DNA of 64,000 bases, from positions 928,001-992,000 of the forward strand of contig CAVXRD010000001.1 in the NCBI GenBank assembly GCA_963764165.1, read 5' to 3'. This stretch comes from an uncultured Verrucomicrobiae bacterium (GTDB taxonomy: Bacteria > Verrucomicrobiota > Verrucomicrobiia > Limisphaerales > Palsa-1400). The position numbers and the translations under genes were made by a program. Each line of letters opens with the position of its first letter. The first letter of the stretch is position 1. This document shows positions 11,965 through 26,900 of this stretch, piece by piece. Under the pieces are notes generated by a model that was not told where the DNA came from, made no database searches, and worked only from the letters and a program-made list of their open reading frames with translations.

Positions 11965-14900
11965 ATGAAAACACAGAATAAATATCCGAGCAAACGCTCG
12001 ATTGCGCTGGTCCGAGCTGTCGCGCGTGTTTTGGTTTTGACTGCCCTGCTCGCCGCCTGGCCCGCCTTTGCCCTGCCCGTCATCTACGTCAACCAGCATG
12101 CATCCGCCGCCTCGGCCCAGACGGGCGTTAACTGGGCCAACGCGTATAAGGAATTGCGCAACGCGTTGCCCGCCGCCAATGCCATCGCCGCGACCAACGG
12201 ACAGGGTGTCGAAATATGGGTGGCTTCCGGCACGTATTATCCTGACGTGCAAAGCTCCCAGAATCGATTTGCGACCTTTAACGTCGGCAGCAAGGTGACC
12301 ATTCGCGGCGGTTTCGCAGGGTCTGAGACCAGCCCCACCCAGCGGTTGCCCGCGTTCGACCAATTTGGCAACCCCGCGTTCTTGACGGTGCTCAGCGGCG
12401 ACATTGGCCAGCCGATGATCACACAGTTGAGTTCGACGAACACCTTGTCGCAATTCCTGAACACGCCGAATTTTCCTTACTTCACGAATGCGGTGGGGCC
12501 AGGTTCACTTGCCAACGACCAGGACAATTGTTTTAACGTCGTGACACTAAAGAATGTCGCGGGTGTCTCGCTGGATTCGCTGGTCATTTACGGCGGCTAC
12601 GCTGGAAATTTAATGGAAGACGGGACAAATGTAGTATCCGTCAACGAACTGGAAAGCATAGGACTGTGGAATTCGAACAGCGTGACCAGTCCGCTCTACC
12701 CACTCACGAATATTGTGGCCGGCGGTGGCATACTCTTGACCTTTCCGCCGTCCAATATCCACCGCCCCGCTTCCGAAATCGCCCTGACCATGACCAATTG
12801 CGCGGTCTGGGGCAACTATAGCGCGGGCTACGGCGGCGGCATGTGCGTCTACGGCGGCAATATCATCCTTCGAAACTGCCAGTTTGAATACAACGTGGCA
12901 GGCATGGACGGCGGAGCAATTTGGGATGCCAGCGTCCACTCGGAAATCGATTTATGCACCTTTGAGCGCAACGTGGCGACGGAGTCCGGGGGCGCGATTG
13001 GCTACATCACGTTTGACTTTCCGTTCACCGTCGCGAACGCCGAGCAGGAAGTGTCGACAAACAGCACGCTGGTCTCCCAGCAGGTCGAATCCATTGTGCA
13101 TACAGTGACGCGCGGGCTTGGCGTTACTAAAACGGCCATGGGGGAGCTTGGACTGACAGAGGAACTCCAGAATGGCGTCAGCGCCGCTTACACATCGCTC
13201 AAAGCGTGGTGGCCATCGGGTTCAGGCGGCATTGAAGGCGCCAATGCCTCCCTGGCGGGAATTCGCGACCTGCAGGATGCCGCCGCAACTCCAACCGGAC
13301 CGAGTTCTCAAGAAATTGCCGATCTGTGGATTAGGAATTTCGGTTCCTCGACCACTTCCGAGGCTGCGGCGGCCGAAATCGCCGAAGATGCCGCCGCAGA
13401 TGCGGAGGATGATATTCCCATTGGGAAACTGTTTGATTTGACGGACGGAGCGGACCTGCCGTTCGCCGTCATCAACCTTGGAACCGACATCGCCATCCTC
13501 GCCGGAGACACGAACGGAATCGGTGGAGAAATTGCGCTGGCCCTTAACAGCAGCACCTCGCAAATCCTATTCTTGGCATCACCTCTGTCGTGGATAATTT
13601 CCGCAGTTGAAGCCGAAATAAGCGATATCGAGTCTCTTGCGGTCGACGCGCCGCCAGAAGATCTCAAGAGCACCTACAAGAAGGCCCAGTTGGGGCAATA
13701 CAACGCGGCTCCGGCTTCCCTTTTGAACGGATGCGTTTTCTCCAACAACACTGCGAACCTGGATGGAGGCGCCTTCAGCGAAGCTTATAAAAACGTGCAA
13801 GCACAAGGCTGCTGGTTCGGAAATAACGACGGCGGTGTTTCCGGCGGCGCAATCTCTTGCGGAGATTGGTGTTTGGCCTACATCGCGGATTCCGCCTTCT
13901 ACGGAAACTCCAGCGAGAACGGCTACAGCGCGGTTCTTAACTGGGGAAATTCGCGAACGTATCTCTATAACAGCACCCTGGTGGGCAATGGGTCGCCGAA
14001 TACCAATTATGCCACGGCGATTGGCAATCAAACCGGATCGGATGTGAAGGTCATCAATTGCGTTCTGTGGGGCAACACCAATGCGGTTAACCGGACGGGA
14101 GGCGCTGACATCACCACCATTACGCGCGCGCTTTTGCCGCCGTCGTCGCAAGCGGCCTACGATTCCATGGGTTCTGCCCAGGGCGACCTCGTCGCCACCT
14201 GCGATGTTTTCAACTCGGACGTCCAAAACGTCGGCCCCTTGGGCACGAAGATATATGACGTCGTGACCGAACAACCCGCCAGCATCGGGCAATCGCTGTT
14301 GAATGTCTTGGATTTCAGTTTCGGCGGAGAGCAGGAGCCAACGATCACGGCCACCGCCGTCTCATTGCCCGCGCCGACTTACGAACAATTCCAATTCGAG
14401 CCGCTAAGCGTGTCAACGGATGTTTATGATGCGATTAACAATATCTATCAGGATGTCATTTGGTGGGACTTCGCTGGTCTGGCAGAAACTGTCGGCTTTG
14501 TCAACATCGGGGAAGGGACAGTGACGTGGCCTTATGAAGGGGCTACCGTTGAACCCGGTGACTACAACAACAACCCTCAGTTGGGAGGCTTCGAGGGCAT
14601 TGATCCAAAATCGTCCTCGCCCATCAGCGCGGGATATGATTACCCGCTGGAAATTTACGGACAATTTCTTTGGTCTGCTTATGCGGAAAGCTCACTGCCA
14701 TCGTTCAACGTGGCCCGTGAGAACGACCCGGCGATGGACGCGTTTGACTCCTACAACGAATACGATATCCACGGTCTCAGGCGGGAGGGTTCAATAGGCG
14801 CCTCCGATCCGCTGGCAACCTCCACCGCGTCCGAGAATGGCATCTCTCCTTTGGCAGCGCCCTTGGAGCTAGGACTTATCGGCAATGGGAGCGGCCCCGT

Positions 14901-17900
14901 CCTGTTCGTAAACGCCAGTGCGACGGGGAATGGAAGCGGCAGTTCATGGGCGAATGCCGTGACTAGCTTTTCCCAAGCTGTGCAAACATTGCTTCCCACT
15001 GGCGCGCAAATTTGGGTTGCAGGCGGCAATTACGCCGCCAATGGTGTGACGGTGGCGGCGAGCACGGTGATTTACGGCGGCTTTGCCGGCACGGAATCCA
15101 ATTTAACCGGGCGCGTTTTGGGAGCGCATCCAACCGTCGTGCATGGCAACGGCAGCGGGGCCGTTTTAATTTTGAACGGCGCCGTGATGATCGACGGATT
15201 GAACATAACGGGCGGCGGTTATTCCGACGAGTATAATGGCGGCGGTGGTGTGTATTCCTCCGACTCCATTGACCTTGCTACTTTCTCCAATTGCGTCTTC
15301 AGCAATAACACAGCCAACGAGGGTGGAGCGATGTATCTGATGGGTCCCGCATTGATCGCGAACTGTTCCTTCTTAAACAACAGCGCCAGCTACGAGGGCG
15401 GAGCACTGATGCTTGAGGATTACACCAACTACAGCGGCGATGTAAGGCTGTATGATTGCGTTTTTGCCGGAAACTCCGCGGCCTATGGCGGCGGCGTCCT
15501 TATTCGCGGCCCCGATGTGAACACCGGCGTCGAGTTTCATGTTGTCAATGACACGTTTTATAACAACCGATCCACCTCCAGCACGCCTTACCGTTCAGCC
15601 AGCCAGCCGGGCGGCGGCGGACTTTTGTTTGATGACAGCGAGACTGGCTTTTTGACGGTCCAGAACTGCATTTTCTGGCAAAATTCAGCGCCGGGCGGAG
15701 CGAACATAGAATGGCAGCAGTTGGAAGCAGCTCCTTACACGCTTTACGAATCCTATTCGCCGATTGAGTATGGTTATCGCCAATTTGCCGTGGGCTCCTC
15801 GCTCATCGAAGGCATGGGAGTGTATTCGAGCCCGCAACCCTTTGACGAGAACGACATTGGATATCCGAATTATCCCGCATATCTGGCGGCGAGCAATGCG
15901 CTTTCCCTGGACCCGCTCTTTGCGAATCCAGCCGCCAACAACTTCAATTTGACAGCGGGTTCTCCCGCGTTGGGTGCCGGCATCGGCTCAGGCTTGCCCG
16001 CCGGGTTCCCCTACTCCGACCTGGCGGGAAACCCGCGGGAAATTGGCTCACGCCTGGACCTGGGCGCCTATGAATATCAGGGGGCAGTTAACCCTTATGG
16101 CGTTGAGGTGACGGCTTACCAAGGCTGTGGCGGCGGATTAGGCAATGCCACGATGCAGGCCACCTGGAACATGAACACCGCCGTCAGCGGATTGCAGTGG
16201 CAAGTGTATTATCCTGGGGCAACCGGCTGGAGCAATGTCAGTGGACAATATTACACAGGAATCAATTCCAGCAACTTGAACATCACAGGATTGCCGCCCT
16301 CGCTCAACGGAACCTTCTACCGACTGGTGGCAAATTCGCCGCCGGGATTTGCCTCGTCACCCGTGGCAATAGCGTTCTCGCCGATAATCTATGTCAATTC
16401 GCGCCAGGGTTACGCTGGCAATGGCACGTCATGGAACAATGCTTTCGTGGATATCCAGAGCGCTCTTGACGTCTCGACAGGCTGCCAGCAAATCTGGGTC
16501 GCAGGAGGCATTTACAATGGAGACTTGTTCATCGGCAATAATCAAAGCGTCGGTCTGATCGGCGGGTTTGCCGGCAATGAGACAAGTCTGGCCCAGCGCA
16601 ATTGGCGGGCGAACCCAACAATCCTCAGCGGCCAAGGCGCCGGCAACGCCAATCCGTTGGTGGAAATGGAAGGCAGCGCCGTGATGGACGGCTTCATCTT
16701 GACAGGTTCAACGAGCTATTCGGTGGTGGACTGTTACGGCAACACGCCTTCCCTTCAGAACTGCAACATCACCAACAACCAGGGGACGGCGGCGATGTTT
16801 AACAACTGCGTCTCTGCATCCGTGGTTAACTGCATGGTGCAAAGCAACGGCGGCGGCGGCCTTAGCTCCAGCGGCCCGCTCAGCGTCGTCAACTCCCTCA
16901 TCGTCAATAACAACTCCGCGTTCCTGGCCGCCATCAACGCCTATAGCCAATTGTCCGTGATCGGCTGCACCATCGCAGGCAATCAGGGCTACACGTGCGG
17001 CGGAATTGAAACCATCAATGCCGCGGTCACCATTAAAAACTCAATCTTATGGCAAAATACCGCCAACCCCATTTACGCCACTCCTTCGCTGATGGAGTTG
17101 TCAGCGCAGGGCAGCTCGCTTTCAATAGCCAATACCATTATCGAAAATTGGAACGGCGGCGGAGCATTGCCGTTTGACCCGTTATTCGTTTCGTCCGCCA
17201 CTAACTTTCAATTGACAGCGCATTCGCCTGCCATAGGCGCGGGCAATCCTTCCGAGATCGACGGACAGGCGACGGACTTGGCGGGAAATCCGCGCGTGAG
17301 TTTCCGCAACAACACGACCCAGGTGGACTTGGGGGCCTACGAATATGCGGGCGCGGCGAGCAGCCCGGTGGCGCTTTATGGATCGCCGAAATCGATCACC
17401 AGTTGCACAACCGCCAATCCCATCTCCTTCACGGTAGCCGCCTCGAACAGCTTGGACAGCGTGACTTGGCTGGTGAACGAGGGTCACGGGTTTGCAACCG
17501 CCACCGCGGGAGCTACCTTCCAACTGACGCAAAGCTCCGGCGTCACGAATACGGCCACGCTGACCATCCCCACTCCTTTGCAAAGCATGAACGGCTGGCA
17601 GTTTGAAGCGCAGATTGGCTCGTACACAACTCTGCCGGCCATTTTGAATTTCGTGCCGCCGACAGTGATTTACGTCAATCAATCAGCCCCTGGAGCCAAC
17701 AACGGCACAAGTTGGAATGACGCTTACACGAGCCTCGCCAGCGCCGTGGCGGAAGCGAACGGCTGCTCGCAAATCTGGGTGGCGGGCGGCATTTACAGCA
17801 ATCCGGGCGGCGCCAGTTATTCCCTGCCGGAGGGAGCCGGGCTCTATGGCGGTTTTGCCGGTTACGAGGATGCACTGAATGAGCGAAGCCCCAACAACAG

Positions 17901-20900
17901 CCCAACCATTTTGACCACCGACAATTCCGATGACATCATTTCGCTCGGTCAATATGCCAAACTAACGCCAGCCACGGTGGTGGATGGTTTCACATTTCAG
18001 CTTAACACCGGAGTGGGAATCGGGAATTACAGCGGGGCCGCAACTGTCCGCAACTGCAGCTTTGAAGGACCGACGATTTTTGCAATCTACAATGTCGACT
18101 ATTCGGGTTCTATCACCGGGAGCACATTTTCCAACGTTCAAGGAGTAGCGATTCAGAGTGAATTCTCCAGCCCGGTGATTGCCAGCAACACCTTCCTGAA
18201 TTGCAGTTCATCCGCGAACTTCCCCTTGCTATATGGCGAGGACTCCGTGCAATCCGTCGCGGCCTGCTCCTTCGTAAGGAACACTACCGCCTGCGTCGGC
18301 AGTGAAAATGGCGGCGGGGTCACACTCACGCGCAGTTCGTTCCTGAGCAATAACGCTCCCTCGGGAGCCGTATATCTGACCGGAGGGAGCGTGGCCAGCA
18401 CCATCAGCGACTGCTTATTCGTCGCCAACAGCAATGCGTTTCGCGGTTCGGCCATCCAGGACTACAATAACAACACCACGGTGGTCAATTGCACGTTCGC
18501 CGACAACGTGACGGCTTACGGAGGCGCACTCTACTTTTCTGAAGGCGGTGCAGTCATTGCCAATAGCATCCTCTGGAGCAATACCGCAACTCTTGCGAGC
18601 GCGTATTTCGTCTTGCCCGAAGTGCAGCAGGTGCAAGTGGCCGCAGGAACTATCATCGTGTCCAACACGGACGTCGAGGGCTTGAATAAGTTCAACGGCA
18701 GCGGCAATATGGGTTACAATCCCCAATTCAACTTTCCGCCGTATGATTTCAGCTTGTCGACGAATTCTCCGCTGATCAACGCAGGCAGTTTGAATTTTGC
18801 GTCAGCGGCAGGCGCGGTCGATCTCGCAGGGGCCAACCGCACCGCGCGAGGTGCGATTGATATGGGCGCTTACGAATTTCAAGGAACACCCGCCACACCG
18901 GTCTATTCGACGGGAATTCCAGGATTGGTCAGTTTGTGCTCCGGTCGCGCCAATACCCTCAGCGTTCCGCTGACGGCCAATCTAACAAATGGATTCGTTT
19001 GGCAATTATGGTCGCCGACGGGCGACGTGACGGAACTTGGGGATGCCAACAGCTCGGCGCCCGGTTATTCGATCGCCGTTGGGAACAACCAGACTTCCAT
19101 CACTTTCCAGCCTTCCGAGAGTTTGATTGGATCGTCTTTTGTAGCGTTGGAAGCGGACGGTTCCAACGCCGTTGTCACCATCGCCGGACTGCAAGATCCG
19201 GAAATCATTTACGTGAATTCGGCGGCGGCGGGCGCCAACACTGGGACAAGTTGGACGGATGCGTTCACCAGCTTGCAGCCAGCGCTGAATCAGGCCTCGT
19301 GCTCGGATATCTGGGTCGCGGGCGGCCCCTATGTGGCCTCGACGTTTACTGTCAACAACGACGTGCATGTTTACGGTGGATTCGCAGGAGGAGAGACCAA
19401 CGTTTCCCAACGCAACTGGCAAATCAACACCACGACCCTCCAAGGCTCTGGCAATGACTTCACCATTCAAACCTTTGGATCCCCGCTCTTTGACGGCTTC
19501 ACGATCGCTTCCTCGGCGGCAACGCATTCGGCCGTGTTCTTATACGGTGGCAGCCCCACGCTTCAGAATTGCGTATTCCAAAACGTGACTGGCGGCGCGA
19601 TACAAACTGAAGGCGCATCCGCGCAGATCGTCGCCTGTCAGTTCCGCGGCAATTCTGCGCAGAACAATAGCGCCGGGGGAGCCATTGACAATTCATTTCA
19701 TTCAATCATGCTGGTGGATCAGTGCATTTTCACCGGCAACAATGCCATCAGCGGCGGCGCTGTGTTCAATGACAACACTTCCGCTATCACGCTGCTGAAT
19801 TGCTTGTTCACCAGCAACAACGCAACGGATGGCGGCGCAATTTACAATCTCGGGCAGGCTACCGCGATCAATTGCACGCTATATGGCAACACGGCCGAGA
19901 GGGGTGGAGCTTGGGAGCAGTATTCATCGGGCAGCGCGCCGGCCTCGGCCACCATCATTAATTCTATTTTGTGGAACAACGCCGCCACCGGCTATGGCAT
20001 TGTTTCCTATTCCTTGGAGGACTCGGAAGCAGACGGGACCAATATCGCCATTTCCTATTCAACAGTGCAGGGAATCACGCCTGGATATGCCAATCTCTCC
20101 ACCGATCCCCTGTTTGCAAATCCGTCAACGGGAAACTTTGCGTTGTCGCCATGGTCTCCCGCCATCGGCAGGGGTGAACCTTGGCCGGGATTGAATTGGA
20201 CCAATTACCTCTCAGTCGATTTGAACGGGACGCCGCGCTCGCCGACCAGTGATGACCAAGGCGCTTACGTGGCAGCCGGCCACTCAAACACACTTAATTT
20301 CGATTCTCCATTGACCTCAGCGGCGGGCTGCGTTGGCGGGTCAGCCATCTTCGGCATCAGCTATCCGCCAGGGAGTGGATATAACATCGCTTGGCTGGTA
20401 AACACCGGCTCTGGCTTTGCCAGCGTGGCATCCGTTTTTCCAGGAGGCGGATACACGATCAGCAACGGTCTTGGTGGTTCCTCACTTAGTTTTGAGGCGC
20501 TGCCGCTGGCCCTGAACGGGATGCAGGTCGAATTCCAGGTCGGAAGCGCAAGCTACACATCCCCACCCGCCACCCTGACCGTTTCCTCGCCAACGGTGAT
20601 ATACGTGAATGCCGCCGCAACCGGCGCCAATAACGGCACGAGCTGGACGGATGCCTATACCAACTTGATTTCGACGCTAAGTTCCGCTCCCAGTTGCACT
20701 GCGATCTGGGTCGCGGGAGGAAACTACGTTCCAAGCGGCTCGCAGCAGACGTTTGTTTTGCAGCCTGACCAGCAAATTTACGGAGGGTTTGCCGGAAACG
20801 AAACAAACGTGAACGAACGCGTCTTTGGGATGCATCCCACCTTATTGGGAAACCTGCTAATAGAGGCCACGGATAGTTCCATCGACGGCAACTCAAGGCT

Positions 20901-23900
20901 GGATGGGCTCTGCTTTACAAACTATGGCGGCAATGCCACCTTGGTATACTTGTCTGGATGCGGCCCGGTGGTTGCCAATAGCGTTTTCACGGGAGGAAAT
21001 TTCGAGGTGGACGCGGCAAGTTCAACCGCGACTTTTACCAACTGCAGCTTCCTAAACAATGGATCTGATTCATGCATTTTCACCTTCGGCAGCACCAATG
21101 TTGAGCCCACCATCGAGGGTTGTCAGTTTATCGGCAATCTAACAGGCATCTACGCTGAAGGCCCGGTGAGCGTGGCAGGCTGCTTGTTCGAATCCAATCT
21201 GAATACGGCCGTCATCGGGCAATCCGGCCGGATTGCCGGCTCCTCATTCATTGGCAACATCGCAGATTCATATGCAGTCGCCAGCGGCGTCCTTCTCCAA
21301 GGCACATCAAAGATTTCGAGCTGCCTGTTCGCTTGGAATAGTGGAGCCAACGCGCCCGTGTATGTGGAAGGCGGCCAAGTTGTCAACTGCACGTTTGTCC
21401 ACAACGAGGGATGGGTCGGGGCGGCGGATGGCACTTGCAATCTCGCCAACTGCCTGGTTTGGAAGAATAGCGGCCAATACGGTAATTTCTACGGCAGCGT
21501 CAATGTTAGCCAATCGCAAGTGGATTCCTATTATCCATACTTTGTCAACGACGCGGGCGGAAACTGGCAACTGACTTCGAACTCCCCCGCCCTTCGCGCC
21601 GGGGGCGTTGGCAACGTGATTGACACCGTGGACCTGGCGGGCAATCCGCGCACAACAGGCGGCCAGGTGGATTTGGGCGCGTATGAATACACCAATGCGC
21701 AAGTTGCGCCGGCTTTTATTGCCGGACTTCCGGCCAGCGTGACGATTTGTTCCGAGAATGGGACTGGTTTGCAAGGTGGAGCATCCATTTCCGTCGCGGG
21801 CGCGGCGGGATACACCTACACATGGCAGCAAGTTGGCGGCGGGGTTGTCACCAATAACGCCGATGTAACGATCTCCTCGTCAGCCAATGCAAGCGTGCTC
21901 TTTTTCCCGGACCCAGGTATTCAGTTGAACGGCGCATCTTTCCAGGTGACCGCACAAACGCCATACGGCTCAGTGGCGGTTCCCGGGACTGCCACGCTGA
22001 CGGTGCTGCCGCGGCAGATCATTTACGTCAACGCCAGCAACATCATCAGCGGGGACGGCAGCAGTTGGGCAAACGCTTACACAAGCTTGACGCCAGCGTT
22101 GGCCGAAGCCGGCAACAATCCCTGTTCAGAAGTCTGGGTGGCGGCGGGCGTCTACAAACCGCAATCGCTTGGAGTGCCGAATGGCATCCCAATCCTCGGC
22201 GGATTCGCCGGTTGGGAGACCTCGAATTTGCAACGCAATTGGACCAATAACGTCACAGTATTAGGCGGCAGCGGAGGCCCGCTGACTCAATACACTAGCG
22301 ATAGCTTTGGCCTGACTTACTCCAGCGGCACTGGCGGCCCGCTCTTGGAAAACGTCAGCGTGCTCGATGGATTTACGGTTAGCAATTGCTCAGGAGCGGC
22401 ACTGCTTCTTTCGCTTTCCACGCCACCCGTGATAGCCAATTGCACCTTCGTCCAGAACACCGGCACTGCCGACCCCAATTCCGACGCCGCCCTGATTTCG
22501 TTCGTGACCGACGAGACGGTTGTCGTCACCAACTGCGTCTTTCAAAACAACCAGAATATTCTCCTGCGAATGGCGATCAGTTTGGTTGCAAACAACGTCA
22601 ACCAGCTAGTCGACGTCACCGGCTGCCTATTCGAAAGCAACAGCGTCACGCCAGTCGTCATGCTCGACGCCGGGCGATTGCTCCTGGAAGGTTGCCGATT
22701 TCTTACCAACCAGACAGCGGACACAGGCACCATTTATACCGGCTACGGCACTACTGCCCTGGATCGGTGCATCTTGGCGGGCAACGCGGGACAGGATCTG
22801 AACTACACCGGCGGCGGGGCCGCGTTGGAGTGCGACTACGGAACAGTGACCATCAAGAACTCCCTGCTGGTGGGCAACAGCGGCAGATTTTGCGGAGCGA
22901 TTGAAAACAGCATGTCGACTGTTGTGGTGGAGAATTGCGATGTGGTGCAAAACACCGGGAATTACTCTTGCGGCGGGATTTTTAACGGCGCCGGCGGCAC
23001 TCTAACCCTCGCCAACTCGATCTTCTGGAACAATAGCGCCATCCAGGACGGAGGAACACTTGCGGAGCAGCAGATTTACAACAGTCAATCCATTCAGGAG
23101 TATTACAACCTAGGCAACCTCATCAACTGTTGCGTTCAGGGGCTGCCTGAATACTACATCGGCGGATATTTTTACGATCCGCTGTTTGTCAATCCGTCCG
23201 CGGGCAATTACCATTTGCAAAGCGTTTCGCCGTATTTGAATTCCGGCAACAACACCTACGCCTCCAGTCTGGATCTGGATGGCAATGCGCGCATTGCGGG
23301 TGGAACAGTTGATCTGGGTTGCTACGAATTCGCCGGCACGGCGGGCGCGCCGGAACAAATCTTCCAGCAGCCGGTGTCGCAGACCGTATGCGCTGGCAAT
23401 CCGGCCAATTTTGCTTACCTCTACCAAAGCGGCACGGTGCAATGGTATTGGAACAACGGCAGCGGCTTTCAACCGGTGGTCAACAGCGCCTCGCAGTATG
23501 TGCAGGCTTCGACAGTAACGCTGCCCAACGGCACTGTGGGTGGCGGCCCCCTGACTGCTTTATCATCCACCTTGATCGTCACCAACACTTCTACCGATTT
23601 CAACGGATATCAATACATGGCGGTCCTGGATAACTACACCAATCCTGTCTCCGTGCTGACTGTAAACCCCCGCTCTGTTATTTATGTGAATAGCAATTCA
23701 CGCGGCGCCAACAGCGGCGCGGACTGGCTGGACGCCTTCACGAATCTCGATGAGGCTCTCGGCATGGCCGGGGGCTGCGAACAAGTCTGGGTCGCCCAGG
23801 GAACCTACATTCCATCGACCAGCTTTGTTCTCCAGCAGGGAGTAGAGGTTTACGGAGGCTTCGCGGGCACGGAAACGAATCTGGCTCAACGCGACTGGAC

Positions 23901-26900
23901 AAATTACCCGGCGCATCTACTGGGAAACGGCTCATATGCCCTCGTGGACAACGCGCAAAACGGACTCAACGCCGCGACGCTCCTGGACGGGTTCACGTTG
24001 ACCGGCGCCGGATCATTTCCGGCTGTAATTAATTACCAAAGCAGCCCTGCGTTCGCAAATTGCTCATTTGTCAACAACAGCAACGCGGGCTTCGGCCAGG
24101 CCATCGTGGAAAATCAGTCGGGGTCGCCTGTCTTCAATAACTGCCTCTTTGCCAGCAACAGCCAATTGTGTGTTTACAATTTCACGGCGTCACCGGCCTT
24201 CAACGGCTGCCAGTTTATCGGCAACCAGAATTCCAATGGTGTGGGCACTGTGGAAAGTTTTGGTGATACCAGCCATCTCTTGCAAAGCGGCCCGCAGTTT
24301 ATCGGATGCAAGTTTATTGGCAACTCGGCCCAGCAGGCTGGCGCCATTTTCAACGACAACGGGGTTTGCCAGGCTGTTAACTGCGTGTTTTCCAACAACA
24401 CCTGCGGCAACATTGGGGAAGGCGGCGCACTCGTCAATTCTCAGAGCGGCGGACTATCCGTCTTTGGCGTCACGAATTGTTTGTTCGTCAGCAACTCCGC
24501 CTACACGGGAGGGGCGACAGGGAACGATGGCGGACTGCTATACCTTGTCAATTGCACCGTCACACGCAACACGGCCGCCCAAGCCCCGGCCGGCTTGTTT
24601 GACAGGCAGACTGGGGGCGGCACGTTTTGTTTGAACTCAATCGTTTGGCAGAATCTGGCGAGCGGCGTGGAGAGCACGCCATCCGAAATGACGGACTCGG
24701 TCTTCTCTTCAAATTCTTGCATCGAAGGAATTGCTCCGGCGGGATACTCTGTCGGTGGCGGAGTGATCCAATATGATCCGCTCTTTGTCAATCCGGCCAC
24801 TGGCAATTGGCAATTGTCCCCCAACTCTCCGGCCATTGCCGCAGGCAACCCTCAACTCGACGGCAGCGTCAGCACAGATTTGGCGGGCAATCCCCGCGTT
24901 GTGAATGGAACGGTGGATCTGGGGGCCTACGAATTGGGACTGCCGCGCTCCGCCTCGCCTCTCGAATTGGTGTCGGGGCCGGAATCCCAAACGATCTGCG
25001 CGGGCGAGAGTGCCATCTTTACCGCGACCGGAAATGCGGGTGTCAATTATACATGGGAGTATAACATTGGGTCCGGCTGGAATTCTTTGTCTTCCGGCGG
25101 CAGCCAGACCCTGGCCACCACGTCAACCAGCACCACCCTGACAGTCTCCAATGCGCCTCAATCGCTCAATGGCATCCAATACCGCTTGAACGTGTCCACA
25201 GCAACAGCGACTAATCAATTCTACGCTACATTGACGGTGACTCCTTCGGGCGTGATCTATGTCAATGCTGCGGCCGGTGCAGGTGGCAATGGCACTTCGT
25301 GGGCGCAGGCCTACAACAATCTAGCCGTAGCTTTGCAAAACGTGGCCGCCTGCGACTCAATCATCTGGGTGGCCCACGGAACCTATGCCTCTTCAAATCT
25401 CAATGTTCAACCCGGTGTTTCGCTCTATGGGGGTTTCGTTGGCACAGAAACCAATCTCACCCAGCGCCAGTGGCAGGCCAATCCCTCAGTGCTATCGGGC
25501 GGAATCGCTTTCCTCGGCGATGCGCCGCTGCCAGGTTCTTCGCCGACAATTCTGGATGGCTTTTACGCCGAGGGCGGCACAGTCGGCGTATCCATTTCAG
25601 GCGCCTATCCGCCGACGCTCGCTACCGTATCTGTGCAAAATTGCGTCATCGCCAACAATTCCCAATACGGCGTCACCATCTCTGAACCAGCCGCCAGCGG
25701 AAGCGTGGTGCAGAACTGCCTGATTGAATCGAATGGCCTGGCGGGCGCGTTCCTTTGGAACTGCAGCGCCACTGTCCTCAACTGCGTCATAACGGCCAAC
25801 GGAAATGCCACGACGCTGGGTGGCGGCGTGGTGTTGTATGGAGTTGACAACGGGACCCTTTTATCCAGCGCGCAACCGACCGTTGAAAACTGCTTGATCC
25901 ATGGAAATTTCGCCCAGCAGGGCGGCGGCATGTATGCGTATTCGAGCGTGTCGAGCTTTGTCGAACCAACGATCGTCAATTGCGTCATCGAAAGCAATTT
26001 GGCTGGGGCGGGCAGCGCGCTTTATTCGCAGAACAGCTACGTCTCAGTCATCAATGACACCATTGTCAATAATACCGGCACCGCGCCCTATCCCGGCTAC
26101 GGCGCGGCCATATCCGGCGCGGCGCTGAATCCAGATTCAGTTTTGATCACCATTGAAAATTCGATTTTGTGGAACAACTTGGCGGCGGGAACCAATGGCG
26201 TGGCCGCGGAATATTTTGCGCCGCTGCAAAACATCGTGGAATACCTGGTTTATAATTCGGACGTCGAAGGATATCCGGCATCAGCAGGAAGCGGCAATCT
26301 GGGCGCGGATCCTCTTTTTGTTGACAGCGCCACGAATTTGCAATTATCCGCCTCCTCACCGCTGCTGGGTGCTGGCAACGCTTCGGATATCGCCGGCTAT
26401 GCCTTGGATGCGGCGGGAGCGCCTCGCCTCATTAACAACCGTGCCGACCTTGGCGCATATGAATTCCAAGGAACGCCCTCGTCTGCCGTAACAGTCTCGC
26501 AGTATCCCGTGTCCACGATTTATTCCCCCTGCTCCAGCACGTTGACAGTGGTCGCCAGCGGTAACGCGCTGACTTACCAATGGCAAGTGAACACAGGCGC
26601 CGGTTTTGTGAACATTCCGGGCGCTACGAGCTCGTCATTTACAGCAAGCCCGGCACCCGCCAATGGAACACAATATCGCTGCCTCATCGCCAGCGCCGGA
26701 GGCTCCGCCTCGCCGACGACAGCGGCAACGATGACCGTTTATCCACTCGTTTGGTATGTGAATGCGGCAAGCCCGGGCGGTGATGGAACGTCTTGGGCAA
26801 CGGCTTTTACCACGCTGGAACAAGCGCTGGCCAACCCATTGCTCCAGCATTGCGGTGAACAAATTTGGGTCGCGGCGGGAATCTATCAGCCTACCAACAA

